Shown: in pieces, positions 45,901 to 54,234 of the stretch
Position numbering within the stretch: the first letter of the stretch is position 1
How the letters are laid out: every line of letters starts with the position of its first letter
Origin: a virus
DNA: 64,000 nt
Strand: one strand, 5' to 3'
Virus record (IMG/VR): IMGVR_UViG_3300045988_085064
Position numbers and translations under genes: made by a program
Notes under the pieces: model-generated
The model's input: the letters and a program-made list of their open reading frames with translations, nothing else
The model's database searches: none
Told to the model about the DNA's origin: nothing

Positions 45901-46833
45901 TCAGCAATTTGAGCTTTCTGTTGGATATCTAGCAACTTTTCATAATATGCAATGACGTGCTCTAGGTATTCCGCTTCTTTATCAATATCAGCGGTCCTGT
46001 CCTCCCATGGCGTTGCATTGATTTCCTGAAGACTGGACTTAGCATCATCGTATTTGCCGCTAATTTCTTGGACTTTATCTCCAAGTTCATTATATTCATC
46101 AATATGCTCTTGGATGGATTTATTTGCTTCGGCAATAAGCCCAGATATGCCTCTAAACACCTCGGCTAATCCAGCCACAGCCACAGCAACAGCAGCTATA
46201 ATTACCAATGTTTTCGGAGCTAATAATGTTGCAAGTAAGCCACCGCCACCAGCAGTTGCCGCTAATGTGGCACTCAATTTAGCCATAGCCGCAATTATAG
46301 TGCCAACAATGCCAACTAATGCAGTTAATGCCGCAGCAAATCCACCTACACGGGCGATAACAGCCACAACATCATTATTGGCAAAACTAAGCATTGTATG
46401 CCCAGCATCAAGGAAACCGCTTACTAAATCCTTTGATAAGACACGATTGGAAAAATCCTCAAATTCAGCCTTGAGCAGTTGTTCTTTAGCTCCAAGACTT
46501 TCCATATACCGCTCATTTTCTTTCATGGCCGAGCCATTGGATTCTAGTGCTGTATTAGTTGCATTGATAGCTGTTTGGTAATTCTTTAAAAGAGCGGCTA
46601 GATTTTGAGTTTGAGTGGTTCCTGCTTGCTGTTGCAGATAATACATCTGCTCATTCTTAGTTAATGTCGGCCAGATTTTTGCTACATCAGTCAATACATC
46701 ATATAGACTGCGAATCTGACCTTCGTCATCTTTTATCGCAATTTCGTGTTCTTGATACCATTTTGTAAGCGCCTTACCAGTGTCAGATGATTCATCTACG
46801 ACTTGGTTTAAGCGGGCTTGTACAGTGATAAGT
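42990..46833 (-). CDS. tape measure protein, exon 3
   Basis: The frame is open from 46832 (after an in-frame TGA at 46835-46833). Sequence LITVQARLNQ..., TM/Gly-Ala region, long coiled coils. Confidence 0.85.
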
Positions 46834-48385
46834 CAATGTATTAACTCGGATTCGTCACATCCGATAAGGAGAATTTATTTATAAAATCAGTTAACAAGAC
46901 ATCGTGCTCGTCTTTTTCTAACACCCAAAATGGAACCCGCAATAACGGAATGTTATTATCTTCACAGTATTTAGTTTTTATCTCGTCATTCTCTTTCACT
47001 GTCTCATATTTCTTTTCTGCTTGTTCTCTATATTTTTTACCACCAAATGAAACTGGCCTATAATGTCCTATTCCATCAACCTCAATGCAAGCATTAAAAT
47101 CTGTTAAATAAAAATCAAATGGTAATGCTCTTTTATTGACACATCTATCAAATGTTTTTTCTTTTTCATATAGTATATTATTATTATTTAGCCACAGCTC
47201 TACTTTTGCAGAAATAGCAGATTGTTTCATTCTACATTCATTGCATTGATACTTTCCATCTGCGAAATGATATGCATCAACCTTAAAGTCGTTGCCACAA
47301 GAGCATTGAACAATAAATGGCGATTTTACACCATTGTATTCTTGATTATAAATGGTACAATCCCAATCTTTTAGAAAAGCATATATCCTTAAATTATCAA
47401 GAGCGTATGGGTTTGATTTGCCGAATCTCTCAAATGAACACCCGTTATATAGCGAGGTAACACTAATAAGCCCACGATAACCGTTTTTGTCCTGAACAAC
47501 AACATTATCTTTTGACCTTATCGTTGAATCATTCAAAATACACAATCCAGATTTCCTAGCAATTTCATGATATTTGTTAGAATCAATATGGTTTGTATTG
47601 ACTTCTCCCCTACTTCTTTTTATCTTGTAACATCTATTGCAGCATTTATCATCTTTTGAATAATATTTATGCCATGTTGATGTAAATTCACCGCCACATA
47701 TTCCGCACTTAAACATGATTGGCATATCAATGTTTGATATATCTTCTTTTTTTGTTAATAAAATAGTACCATACTCATTTGTCTTTTTGATATATAACAT
47801 CATATTGTCATAAAAATATGGGTTTTTTGTGCTAAATGTATGCTCTACATCCACAGAGTAACGTTTTTTATATGTTAAAGTGTGTTTACAAGTGTGGTAG
47901 CTTCTTTTGTATTTATATCCATCAGAATCAACACAGTCATATTTATAATCTACGCCACGCGCAATATCTTCCAATAACGTTAATCCAACTTGTTCAAATA
48001 ATTTCCTTGTTTCTTCTATTGTTATTTTTTTCGACATAAATTCTCCTTCTTGCATTTTCATGCAATGTTTAGACTATTTCTTCATCTCATAGTATTGAGA
48101 GTCTATCATTTCGATTTAAGGGAATCTCACCCACAAGCTTAGACGTACTTGCCCTACTCCTATTGTGATATAGTCACCAATGGGATAGTCGTTTGACTCA
48201 CTCCTATTCGGAGCTTTGCGCCCAAACATCCATTATAAAATACTTAGGTGTTTCCACCATATATCATCTCTATCGTTTTTAATACTTTCGCACATTCACG
48301 CTTGTCAATCTTTCAAGACTACGTTGTAGTGATAGAGCTTTAGGAATTACTGGGTTTAGATAGATATCATGAGGCATATTACTAT
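46834..48385 (-). mobile_element. group-I-like intron 2 (1552 nt) with endonuclease ORF
   Basis: 5' exon GAGGU pairs with internal GCCUC (48375-48371). The last nt is G (46834). Shares core blocks and covarying helices with intron 1. Confidence 0.7.
46841..48037 (-). CDS. intron-encoded homing-endonuclease-like protein (zinc ribbons + PD-(D/E)XK/Vsr-like C-terminal domain)
   Basis: ATG 48037 follows AAGGAG. Several CxxC...CxxC modules. C-terminal LPFDFYLTDFNACIEVDGIGHY matches the nuclease-type motif. Confidence 0.55.
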   Translation of the reverse strand: MSKKITIEETRKLFEQVGLTLLEDIARGVDYKYDCVDSDGYKYKRSYHTCKHTLTYKKRYSVDVEHTFSTKNPYFYDNMMLYIKKTNEYGTILLTKKEDISNIDMPIMFKCGICGGEFTSTWHKYYSKDDKCCNRCYKIKRSRGEVNTNHIDSNKYHEIARKSGLCILNDSTIRSKDNVVVQDKNGYRGLISVTSLYNGCSFERFGKSNPYALDNLRIYAFLKDWDCTIYNQEYNGVKSPFIVQCSCGNDFKVDAYHFADGKYQCNECRMKQSAISAKVELWLNNNNILYEKEKTFDRCVNKRALPFDFYLTDFNACIEVDGIGHYRPVSFGGKKYREQAEKKYETVKENDEIKTKYCEDNNIPLLRVPFWVLEKDEHDVLLTDFINKFSLSDVTNPS

Positions 48386-48774
48386 ACCTCTAGGCACTTA
48401 TTGTTTGCCCTACTTCCCTTGGCGGCGTTCCTCGTGATTTCAGTCATAGCCGTAAGCATACCAAGGGATTGTTCAAATGTATTATTGCCTGTTGCCATAG
48501 CAGCAGACATATTACCTAGGTTCTGTGCTAATTGCCCAGATGAAACAGCATAATTATTTGATACAGCATTAACCGCATCGATAATATGCTCAGCATTATC
48601 CGCTTCAATATTGAACGCCTTCATCTGCGCAACAATAAATGATGCGCTATCTGCCGCAGAAACCGATTCATCCGCTACGTTCTGAAAAGTAGTCGCAACT
48701 TTAGCTAGAGTTGCCGAGTCAGAATCATTAAAGCTGTTTTTACGGAATTGAGTTGCGGCCTCAACCATCTCTGA
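48386..48774 (-). CDS. tape measure protein, exon 2 (TP901-type core)
   Basis: SEMVEAATQFRKN...NVADE...AVSSGQLAQNLGNMSAAMATGN...TEITRNAAKG. The 5' splice site could alternatively lie at 48410|48409. Confidence 0.8.
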
Positions 48775-48795
48775 CGGTTATAAATTATCCAATGC

Positions 48796-48882
48796 TTACT
48801 TGCCCTTCCAGCAAGCAACTGTATATGCAATCATAAATGTAAACCAGCCAACAATGAAAATTGTAGCGTAGAAATCTCCCAT
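48796..48882 (-). CDS. 28-aa hydrophobic micro-ORF inside intron 1
   Basis: TAATG coupling to the upstream ORF. MGDFYATIFIVGWFTFMIAYTVACWKGK. Confidence 0.3.
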   Translation of the reverse strand: MGDFYATIFIVGWFTFMIAYTVACWKGK

Positions 48883-49112
48883 TACAGCTTCCCCCATCTT
48901 TCATCGTCACACCCATATTCAGCCGTTCTTTTCTGCTCTTCTTCAGCGGTTTCATAATGAATGTTGTACTGTTCATCATCAGGCTCTTTTTTAATAAGCC
49001 CATGGTCGTGGTTGTTACGAATACCATACACAATCATCTTGATTAGTGTAACCAGTCCAACAATAAAGAACGCTGGAACAACAAAAATAAAAACCATAAT
49101 TGAGAGAATCAT
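48882..49112 (-). CDS. 76-aa single-pass membrane protein inside intron 1
   Basis: AAAGGA SD, then ATG 49112. N-terminal TM MILSIMVFIFVVPAFFIVGLVTLI and an acidic C-terminal tail. Confidence 0.45.
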   Translation of the reverse strand: MILSIMVFIFVVPAFFIVGLVTLIKMIVYGIRNNHDHGLIKKEPDDEQYNIHYETAEEEQKRTAEYGCDDERWGKL

Positions 49113-49145
49113 AATGTAACATCCTTTCTTTTATTTGGTGTCTAC

Positions 49146-49174
49146 ACTATAACACATATTAGATAATTTGTCAA
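49146..49174 (-). promoter_or_regulatory. consensus promoter inside intron 1 (P13)
   Basis: On the minus strand: TTGACA (49174-49169), 17-nt spacer, TGtTATAGT (ends 49146). Confidence 0.55.
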
Positions 49175-49520
49175 GGGGTTTTTAATCCCTTCCTGAATAT
49201 TTCTTCGCCCTATTTTATTGGAGGGTCGCCCTGTATATTCGATTGACACATCCCTCATCAGGACTTCGCGCCCAATTTGCCCTTTTGTCCCAAATATTAT
49301 ACATTATTTGTGACAGATTCTTTAGGTTTTTCAACCATGGAATCATCCTTATCGTCTTTCTGCTTTCGCACTAATTGTTCATTACTAATGAACATATCAC
49401 ACTCAGGCATATCTCATCCTCATGTTGTAGTGATAAGGCTCTTGAGGCTTTCAAGGGTTTAGGGGCTGTTCTCTATGCTGCTTTACCATCGCAACATACC
49501 GGCTCAGACCGATTTGGTTT

Positions 49521-49892
49521 ACCGGTTCGTCCTACTTCCTTGCCCATATTGGCAAGTTTCTGCGTATATGAATCAAGCGCCGCGCCAGTTAAATCCGACA
49601 CCTTTTTAAATTCTGTTTGTGCCGTGTCAAGCGCTTTAACTTGAGTATACATTTTGCTTGTAACATCCACAACGGCATCGAATACTTGTCGTAATTGTTG
49701 ATACGTTATAGATAGCTCTTTTGTGGCGTTATCAAGCGATTGCGTTGCACCAGTTGTTTCTTTTATTCCTTTACCATTTACGGTTGTTTCAACGTCAACG
49801 CTATATTTCCTAGAGCTTAGGTTTCTTTGTATTTTTTCAAGATCGAGTACAGCATCGAGAACTATACTATAATTACTATTTGTTCCAGCCAT
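49521..49892 (-). CDS. tape measure protein, exon 1
   Basis: 124 codons ending ...TEFKKVSDLTGAALDSYTQKLANMGKEVGRTG. The unspliced frame stops 15 codons later. Confidence 0.8.
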
Positions 49893-50397
49893 TCATCACA
49901 CTCCCTTTTTTTATTTGTGAGTAGGCTATAAGGATTCCTTCTGCGCAATCATCCTCATTCTTTTTGCTACTTGGGGCAACCCATGCCAATTCGAGGCCAA
50001 ATTCTTCATTCGCCATCTCTATAGCTTTTTTCTTCAGAACATCTCTTTGTAAACCAGCTCTTGTACCATCAAAGAGATTAAGGTCGCCACGCCATTTACT
50101 TGGCATCAAGAAGCATGGCTTTATCTTGAAGCCAGCGCATAATGCTAATATCACACCCTGTACTGCGCCCAATTTCTCTATGGTAGACGCGCCTTTCTTT
50201 AATGGTACTTCTTCAGCATAGAGAATTGTCGGTTTATACTGTTTAAATATACTTGACAATTCCATAGTAAGCCCCATTACCCTATCGTGCCAATCATCGC
50301 CCTTTGGCTTAATTGTACCATATGCAATGAGTTCTCCATTATCAAATATGGACCATCCTGTAGAAGATGTGCTAGCGTCCAATCCGGCTATAATCAT
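49876..50397 (-). CDS. ruvC: RuvC-family Holliday-junction resolvase
   Basis: MIIAGLDASTSSTGWS (catalytic Asp), YAEEV, and DDCAEGILIAY. 173 aa. Confidence 0.8.
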   Translation of the reverse strand: MIIAGLDASTSSTGWSIFDNGELIAYGTIKPKGDDWHDRVMGLTMELSSIFKQYKPTILYAEEVPLKKGASTIEKLGAVQGVILALCAGFKIKPCFLMPSKWRGDLNLFDGTRAGLQRDVLKKKAIEMANEEFGLELAWVAPSSKKNEDDCAEGILIAYSQIKKGSVMNGWNK

Positions 50398-50400
50398 ACA

Positions 50401-50958
50401 TCAATTCTCTGTGACTTGAATAGCCGTATTATGCATTTGTACTGTAAGCCCAGCCATCTCAAGCCCCTCTTTCATCCATTGTTTAACCTTACGTCTTCCA
50501 ATACGCTCGTTAAGCTCTTTCCAAGCGTTCCTTGCCTTTTGCCAATATCCATTGCCAAACGCATCACCAGCACCGCCGCAACCGTTCATATGATAAATAA
50601 TGTCAGCCAAATATGATCTTGCATCTTCGCCTTCATATGGGCTTGCAACACCTATATGTTGCCCAAAATTATCATCACCAAGAATCATGCTACCTACAGA
50701 CATTGAATTTGGATTGTAATAAAATTCGCTTCGTGCATCATGCCCATGCGTCAAATTATGCTTTCCTTGAGTATAATTCCAAGCATTCAAAAACCCGTAT
50801 GTTCTTTTATATTCTTGAGGCAACCCGGTCTCATATACCACGACACGAACAATTTCACGGTTCTCATTCCATATTTTTTGAATGACATAATCACAGGCTT
50901 TTTGAATAGCAGGCTGAAGAAGACTCTTCAACTCATCTTTACTTTTTGCTTGTGGCAC
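50401..50958 (-). CDS. hypothetical protein
   Basis: 185 aa. GTG start after GGTGA. Confidence 0.5.
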   Translation of the reverse strand: MPQAKSKDELKSLLQPAIQKACDYVIQKIWNENREIVRVVVYETGLPQEYKRTYGFLNAWNYTQGKHNLTHGHDARSEFYYNPNSMSVGSMILGDDNFGQHIGVASPYEGEDARSYLADIIYHMNGCGGAGDAFGNGYWQKARNAWKELNERIGRRKVKQWMKEGLEMAGLTVQMHNTAIQVTEN

Positions 50959-51328
50959 TCTTCATCACCGCATCGACCTTCTTATTGAATTCAGGGATTT
51001 CCTTAGCAAGTTGTAGCAAAATACGAACTGGCGATTCCTCATATTTAAGAGCGTCTTCAATCTGAATATAATTCTTAATGTGTTGTTCTACATCTGGAAT
51101 CAATCCAATTGTCAGCCAATAATCATGGTTGTGCGCGTCTAGTTCCTCTTTAGAGATATCCGTAGCAAATGCAAGAACCAACATATCGATACACTGCTGT
51201 CTATCTGCCCAAGATTCAAATTGCCGCGCTTGATTAACAATGCTCTGAATCTGTGCATATGTTAAATACTGATTGACGTTAATGTTATAATCGCCAAGAT
51301 GAATCTTAATTGTTTCAAGTTTCTCCAT
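50939..51328 (-). CDS. possible tail assembly chaperone
   Basis: 129 aa. The call rests only on its position between the tube and tape-measure genes. Confidence 0.35.
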   Translation of the reverse strand: MEKLETIKIHLGDYNINVNQYLTYAQIQSIVNQARQFESWADRQQCIDMLVLAFATDISKEELDAHNHDYWLTIGLIPDVEQHIKNYIQIEDALKYEESPVRILLQLAKEIPEFNKKVDAVMKSATSKK

Positions 51329-51638
51329 TTTCTTTATTCTCCTTTACTACCTTATAATTTCCTTTATATTTCCTTAGTTGTACATTCTCCGGAATGTAAT
51401 CGTATGGGTTTTCTACCTTGATAATTTGATTGCCAACTTGTACATATAGATAGCCATGCCGCGCCATCTTGACATTACCCTGTCTCCTACGAATTGGACA
51501 ATTTAACATAGCGTCTAATTGCTTCCAAATTTGAAGTTTGGCGCATCTATATACATGGGGACAAATTGGAGCGCCTTCTTGCTTGGTGCATTTACAAAAA
51601 TCCATATATGCACCTACTTTGCAATATGGACAATCCAT
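51315..51638 (-). CDS. Cys-rich hypothetical protein
   Basis: 107 aa, with a CPYC...CKC...CPH...C pattern. Confidence 0.45.
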   Translation of the reverse strand: MDCPYCKVGAYMDFCKCTKQEGAPICPHVYRCAKLQIWKQLDAMLNCPIRRRQGNVKMARHGYLYVQVGNQIIKVENPYDYIPENVQLRKYKGNYKVVKENKENGET

Positions 51639-51653
51639 AAATATCGCCTCCGT

Positions 51654-51684
51654 AATAAAATGGGGTAGCCGAAACTACCCCATT
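51654..51684 (-). terminator. rho-independent terminator after the tail tube gene
   Basis: On the minus strand AATGGGGTAG pairs with CTACCCCATT (51684-51675 / 51668-51659), then UUUAUU. Confidence 0.6.
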
Positions 51685-51706
51685 ATTTTAATTTATTTAA
51701 TTGTAA

Positions 51707-52774
51707 TTAAGCTGGCGTGACGTTAGCATAACCAACCTTATCGGTAGGCTTGCCAGCAGCGTCTTTTAGAGTTGCAGAAATAACAGTGACCCCAGTGCCA
51801 TCTGCCTTAGTGACAACGCCAGTGCTTGCATCAACAGTTGCAGAAGTGCCAGATTCAACCGCAAAAGTAAAGTTGCTATTGTCCATCAGACGAGAAGCAA
51901 CAGAACCGCCGAAGACGGCGTAAACCTGAAGAGCTTCGGAAGTAGCACCGATCTCAAGGTCTGCATTACCAATAGCAATAGCTTTAACTTCATCCTGCCA
52001 CTTAGTGCCAAAGATTTCCTGAGTCATAGTACCGTAAATGGAGTTCTCCTCGCAGGATAGTTCATCGTCAACTGCTAGAGCAGAGCCATTCAGAGAAACG
52101 GTTGCCGCAGAAGTAGCAGACCATGCTAGATTCTGTTCACCAGAAAGCTGGAACTGAGGAATATCAGTAATGAGACGGCCATACTTGGAAGTAGAAGCGG
52201 CAACATTAGCAACATCACCAGAGTATAGGTCGTTAATCAGAACAAGGTGCAGGGTCTTAGGCACATACTGAGCCTTAATAGTGATAGACTTAGCATTTAG
52301 ATTCTGATAGAAATACTTAACGCAGTAATGGTCGCCAACAACTGCGCCAGGGACAGTAATTGCATTTTGAGAAACAGATGCAACAGTCCAATCATCATCT
52401 GCTGGCTTTTTGTACCATGCGAGAATGGAACCGTCAAATGCTACAGCAGTCTCGGTCAGAGCAATCTTGCCACCAGCCGCAACAGTTTCACCAGCCTTTG
52501 CAGACTCATACAAGGATAGTCCACCCTGCTCAACATCAACACCTAGAGATGCAGCAACATACTGGAGGTTGAACATTGCATCAGTGATGGAAATGTTCAG
52601 AGAAGAATCGTGGAAATACTTACCGTATAGAAGATTACCAGGGCCGCCACGGACTTCTTCACCAGTGATTGTAGAATCAAACGTACTATCGGATAGGGTG
52701 CGACCAACACCAATTAGTTGCTGGCCGTAGAAGAATAGTGCTCTTGCAGGGCCAGCCGTAAAAATATTAGCCAT
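51707..52774 (-). CDS. major tail (tube) protein with C-terminal Ig-like domain
   Basis: 355 aa. Higher-GC codon usage typical of abundant virion proteins. The C-terminal FTFAVESGTSATVDASTGVVTKADGTGVTVISATL is Big_2-like. Confidence 0.7.
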   Translation of the reverse strand: MANIFTAGPARALFFYGQQLIGVGRTLSDSTFDSTITGEEVRGGPGNLLYGKYFHDSSLNISITDAMFNLQYVAASLGVDVEQGGLSLYESAKAGETVAAGGKIALTETAVAFDGSILAWYKKPADDDWTVASVSQNAITVPGAVVGDHYCVKYFYQNLNAKSITIKAQYVPKTLHLVLINDLYSGDVANVAASTSKYGRLITDIPQFQLSGEQNLAWSATSAATVSLNGSALAVDDELSCEENSIYGTMTQEIFGTKWQDEVKAIAIGNADLEIGATSEALQVYAVFGGSVASRLMDNSNFTFAVESGTSATVDASTGVVTKADGTGVTVISATLKDAAGKPTDKVGYANVTPA

Positions 52775-52791
52775 ATATTTTCATTTCCTCC

Positions 52792-53658
52792 TCAATCATT
52801 TTGAGTTGTATTCATATTATACATAGCATCTAAAGCTGCCCCATCTTGAGGCACATTCTTCGATGCTCTAAATTTTCCATCAGCGACTTTACCATCACCG
52901 CCCATAGATTTATTATAATCCTCAATCGTCATGATATAATCGCTATATTTGTCTTTCTTCTTCTTATAAATCCATTCTATTTCATTTGCTTTACCAGCAT
53001 ATAGAGCAATTGGTCGAGTTGTAGTATAATTGATTTCTGCCACGCATTCTTCAAATAATGATTCATGCGCTCTCATAGTCATAGCCATCTGATCCTTTTT
53101 AGATAAACCGCAATGCGCCGTTATAATAGACATTTTACGTTCGATAGACGGTAGTTCGATATCCCTTAACCGTAGCTTATCAGTTTCCTCTATTGATTTT
53201 TTTAAGTCAGGATCAATATATTCATCTGTGTACCCTAGTAAATTTTGATATAATATAATACGTTTAATATCATCAAAATCCTTAGCAGATATGATATCGC
53301 TGTTGTCAGTATTTATGATAAATGGTTTATTCGTGCTATCAAAGCTAACGCTCCAATTATCCCATTTTAAACACAACGACATTATATTACGAACCTTATC
53401 TGCCATCGCCTCGTTTTTATCTATCTGTAAGATGACGCCCATAAGAAATTCTAGATAGGACATCTGTATAATTTCAACAGATGAAGACGAATTTTTATCA
53501 AATTGCAATATATCTACACTCGACATAAATATTTCATAATCAGAAACAAACACAGGATATATAGGTATCGTCTTTTTTTTGCGAGTTATATATAAAACTG
53601 GCTTATCAAAATAGAAATACGCCTTTTCCAAAAATGCAATGTCAACGGCCACAGCCAA
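52792..53658 (-). CDS. hypothetical head-tail module protein
   Basis: 288-aa ORF. Confidence 0.45.
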   Translation of the reverse strand: MAVAVDIAFLEKAYFYFDKPVLYITRKKKTIPIYPVFVSDYEIFMSSVDILQFDKNSSSSVEIIQMSYLEFLMGVILQIDKNEAMADKVRNIMSLCLKWDNWSVSFDSTNKPFIINTDNSDIISAKDFDDIKRIILYQNLLGYTDEYIDPDLKKSIEETDKLRLRDIELPSIERKMSIITAHCGLSKKDQMAMTMRAHESLFEECVAEINYTTTRPIALYAGKANEIEWIYKKKKDKYSDYIMTIEDYNKSMGGDGKVADGKFRASKNVPQDGAALDAMYNMNTTQND

Positions 53659-54220
53659 CCTCCTCGCCAGTGTCGCCTACGTTGACTGCCATATATAACT
53701 GTACTCCTGTAAAAGTCTTGTTGTTACCAATGATTGAACGTGCCGCGCTATATCGGCTCATATCATCCAAGAATGTCAGCTTGCCTACCCCGCCGACCTC
53801 TACTCCATTCAATAGAGTAAGGATGCAATGGATAAATAAATCACCGCGATTGACAGGAACACCATTATATTCAACTAGGCTCATTTGACCGCCATATAGA
53901 CAATCGAACGCATAGACTACTGTGCTAGTATACAGCTCAGAGGCATGGATATAATATTGATATATCTTAACAATCTGCTTAGATTCAGCCATAGCGTCCT
54001 CAATTAGATTAGTTAAAAATACACTATATGTGTCCTGCTTGCCCTGCGCCCATACTAACTTCATCTTCTGTTGAAATGTAAGCGGCTCATGGCTCAATGT
54101 CTTGTAGTCCTTATATGCTAGCATTTTCCAAAAAACATCAGCAATAGGGTCGGTCGATTTTGCTAGATATACCATAATATTATATGGTATTGTCGGTAAA
54201 CGACTTAATGAATTATACAT
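53642..54220 (-). CDS. hypothetical head-tail module protein
   Basis: 192-aa ORF. Confidence 0.45.
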   Translation of the reverse strand: MYNSLSRLPTIPYNIMVYLAKSTDPIADVFWKMLAYKDYKTLSHEPLTFQQKMKLVWAQGKQDTYSVFLTNLIEDAMAESKQIVKIYQYYIHASELYTSTVVYAFDCLYGGQMSLVEYNGVPVNRGDLFIHCILTLLNGVEVGGVGKLTFLDDMSRYSAARSIIGNNKTFTGVQLYMAVNVGDTGEEVGCGR

Positions 54221-54234
54221 CTAACCGCCCTCCT

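Larger units (their letters stand above)
48775..49520 (-). mobile_element. group-I-like intron 1 (746 nt) with promoter and membrane micro-ORFs
   Basis: P1: exon ACCGGU pairs with GCCGGU (49503-49498). P10: UCUGA pairs with exon-2 UCAGA. Terminal G at 48775. GNRA hairpin at 49336-49325. Confidence 0.7.

Noticed and set aside
50939-50958. Possible gpG/gpT-type programmed -1 frameshift at ...AGC AAA AAG TAA between ORFs 50939-51328 and 50401-50958.
   Set aside because: The downstream ORF is in the +1 frame, not -1, relative to the upstream one. A -1 slip hits a stop within 7 codons. The downstream ORF has its own GTG start with a GGTGA SD.
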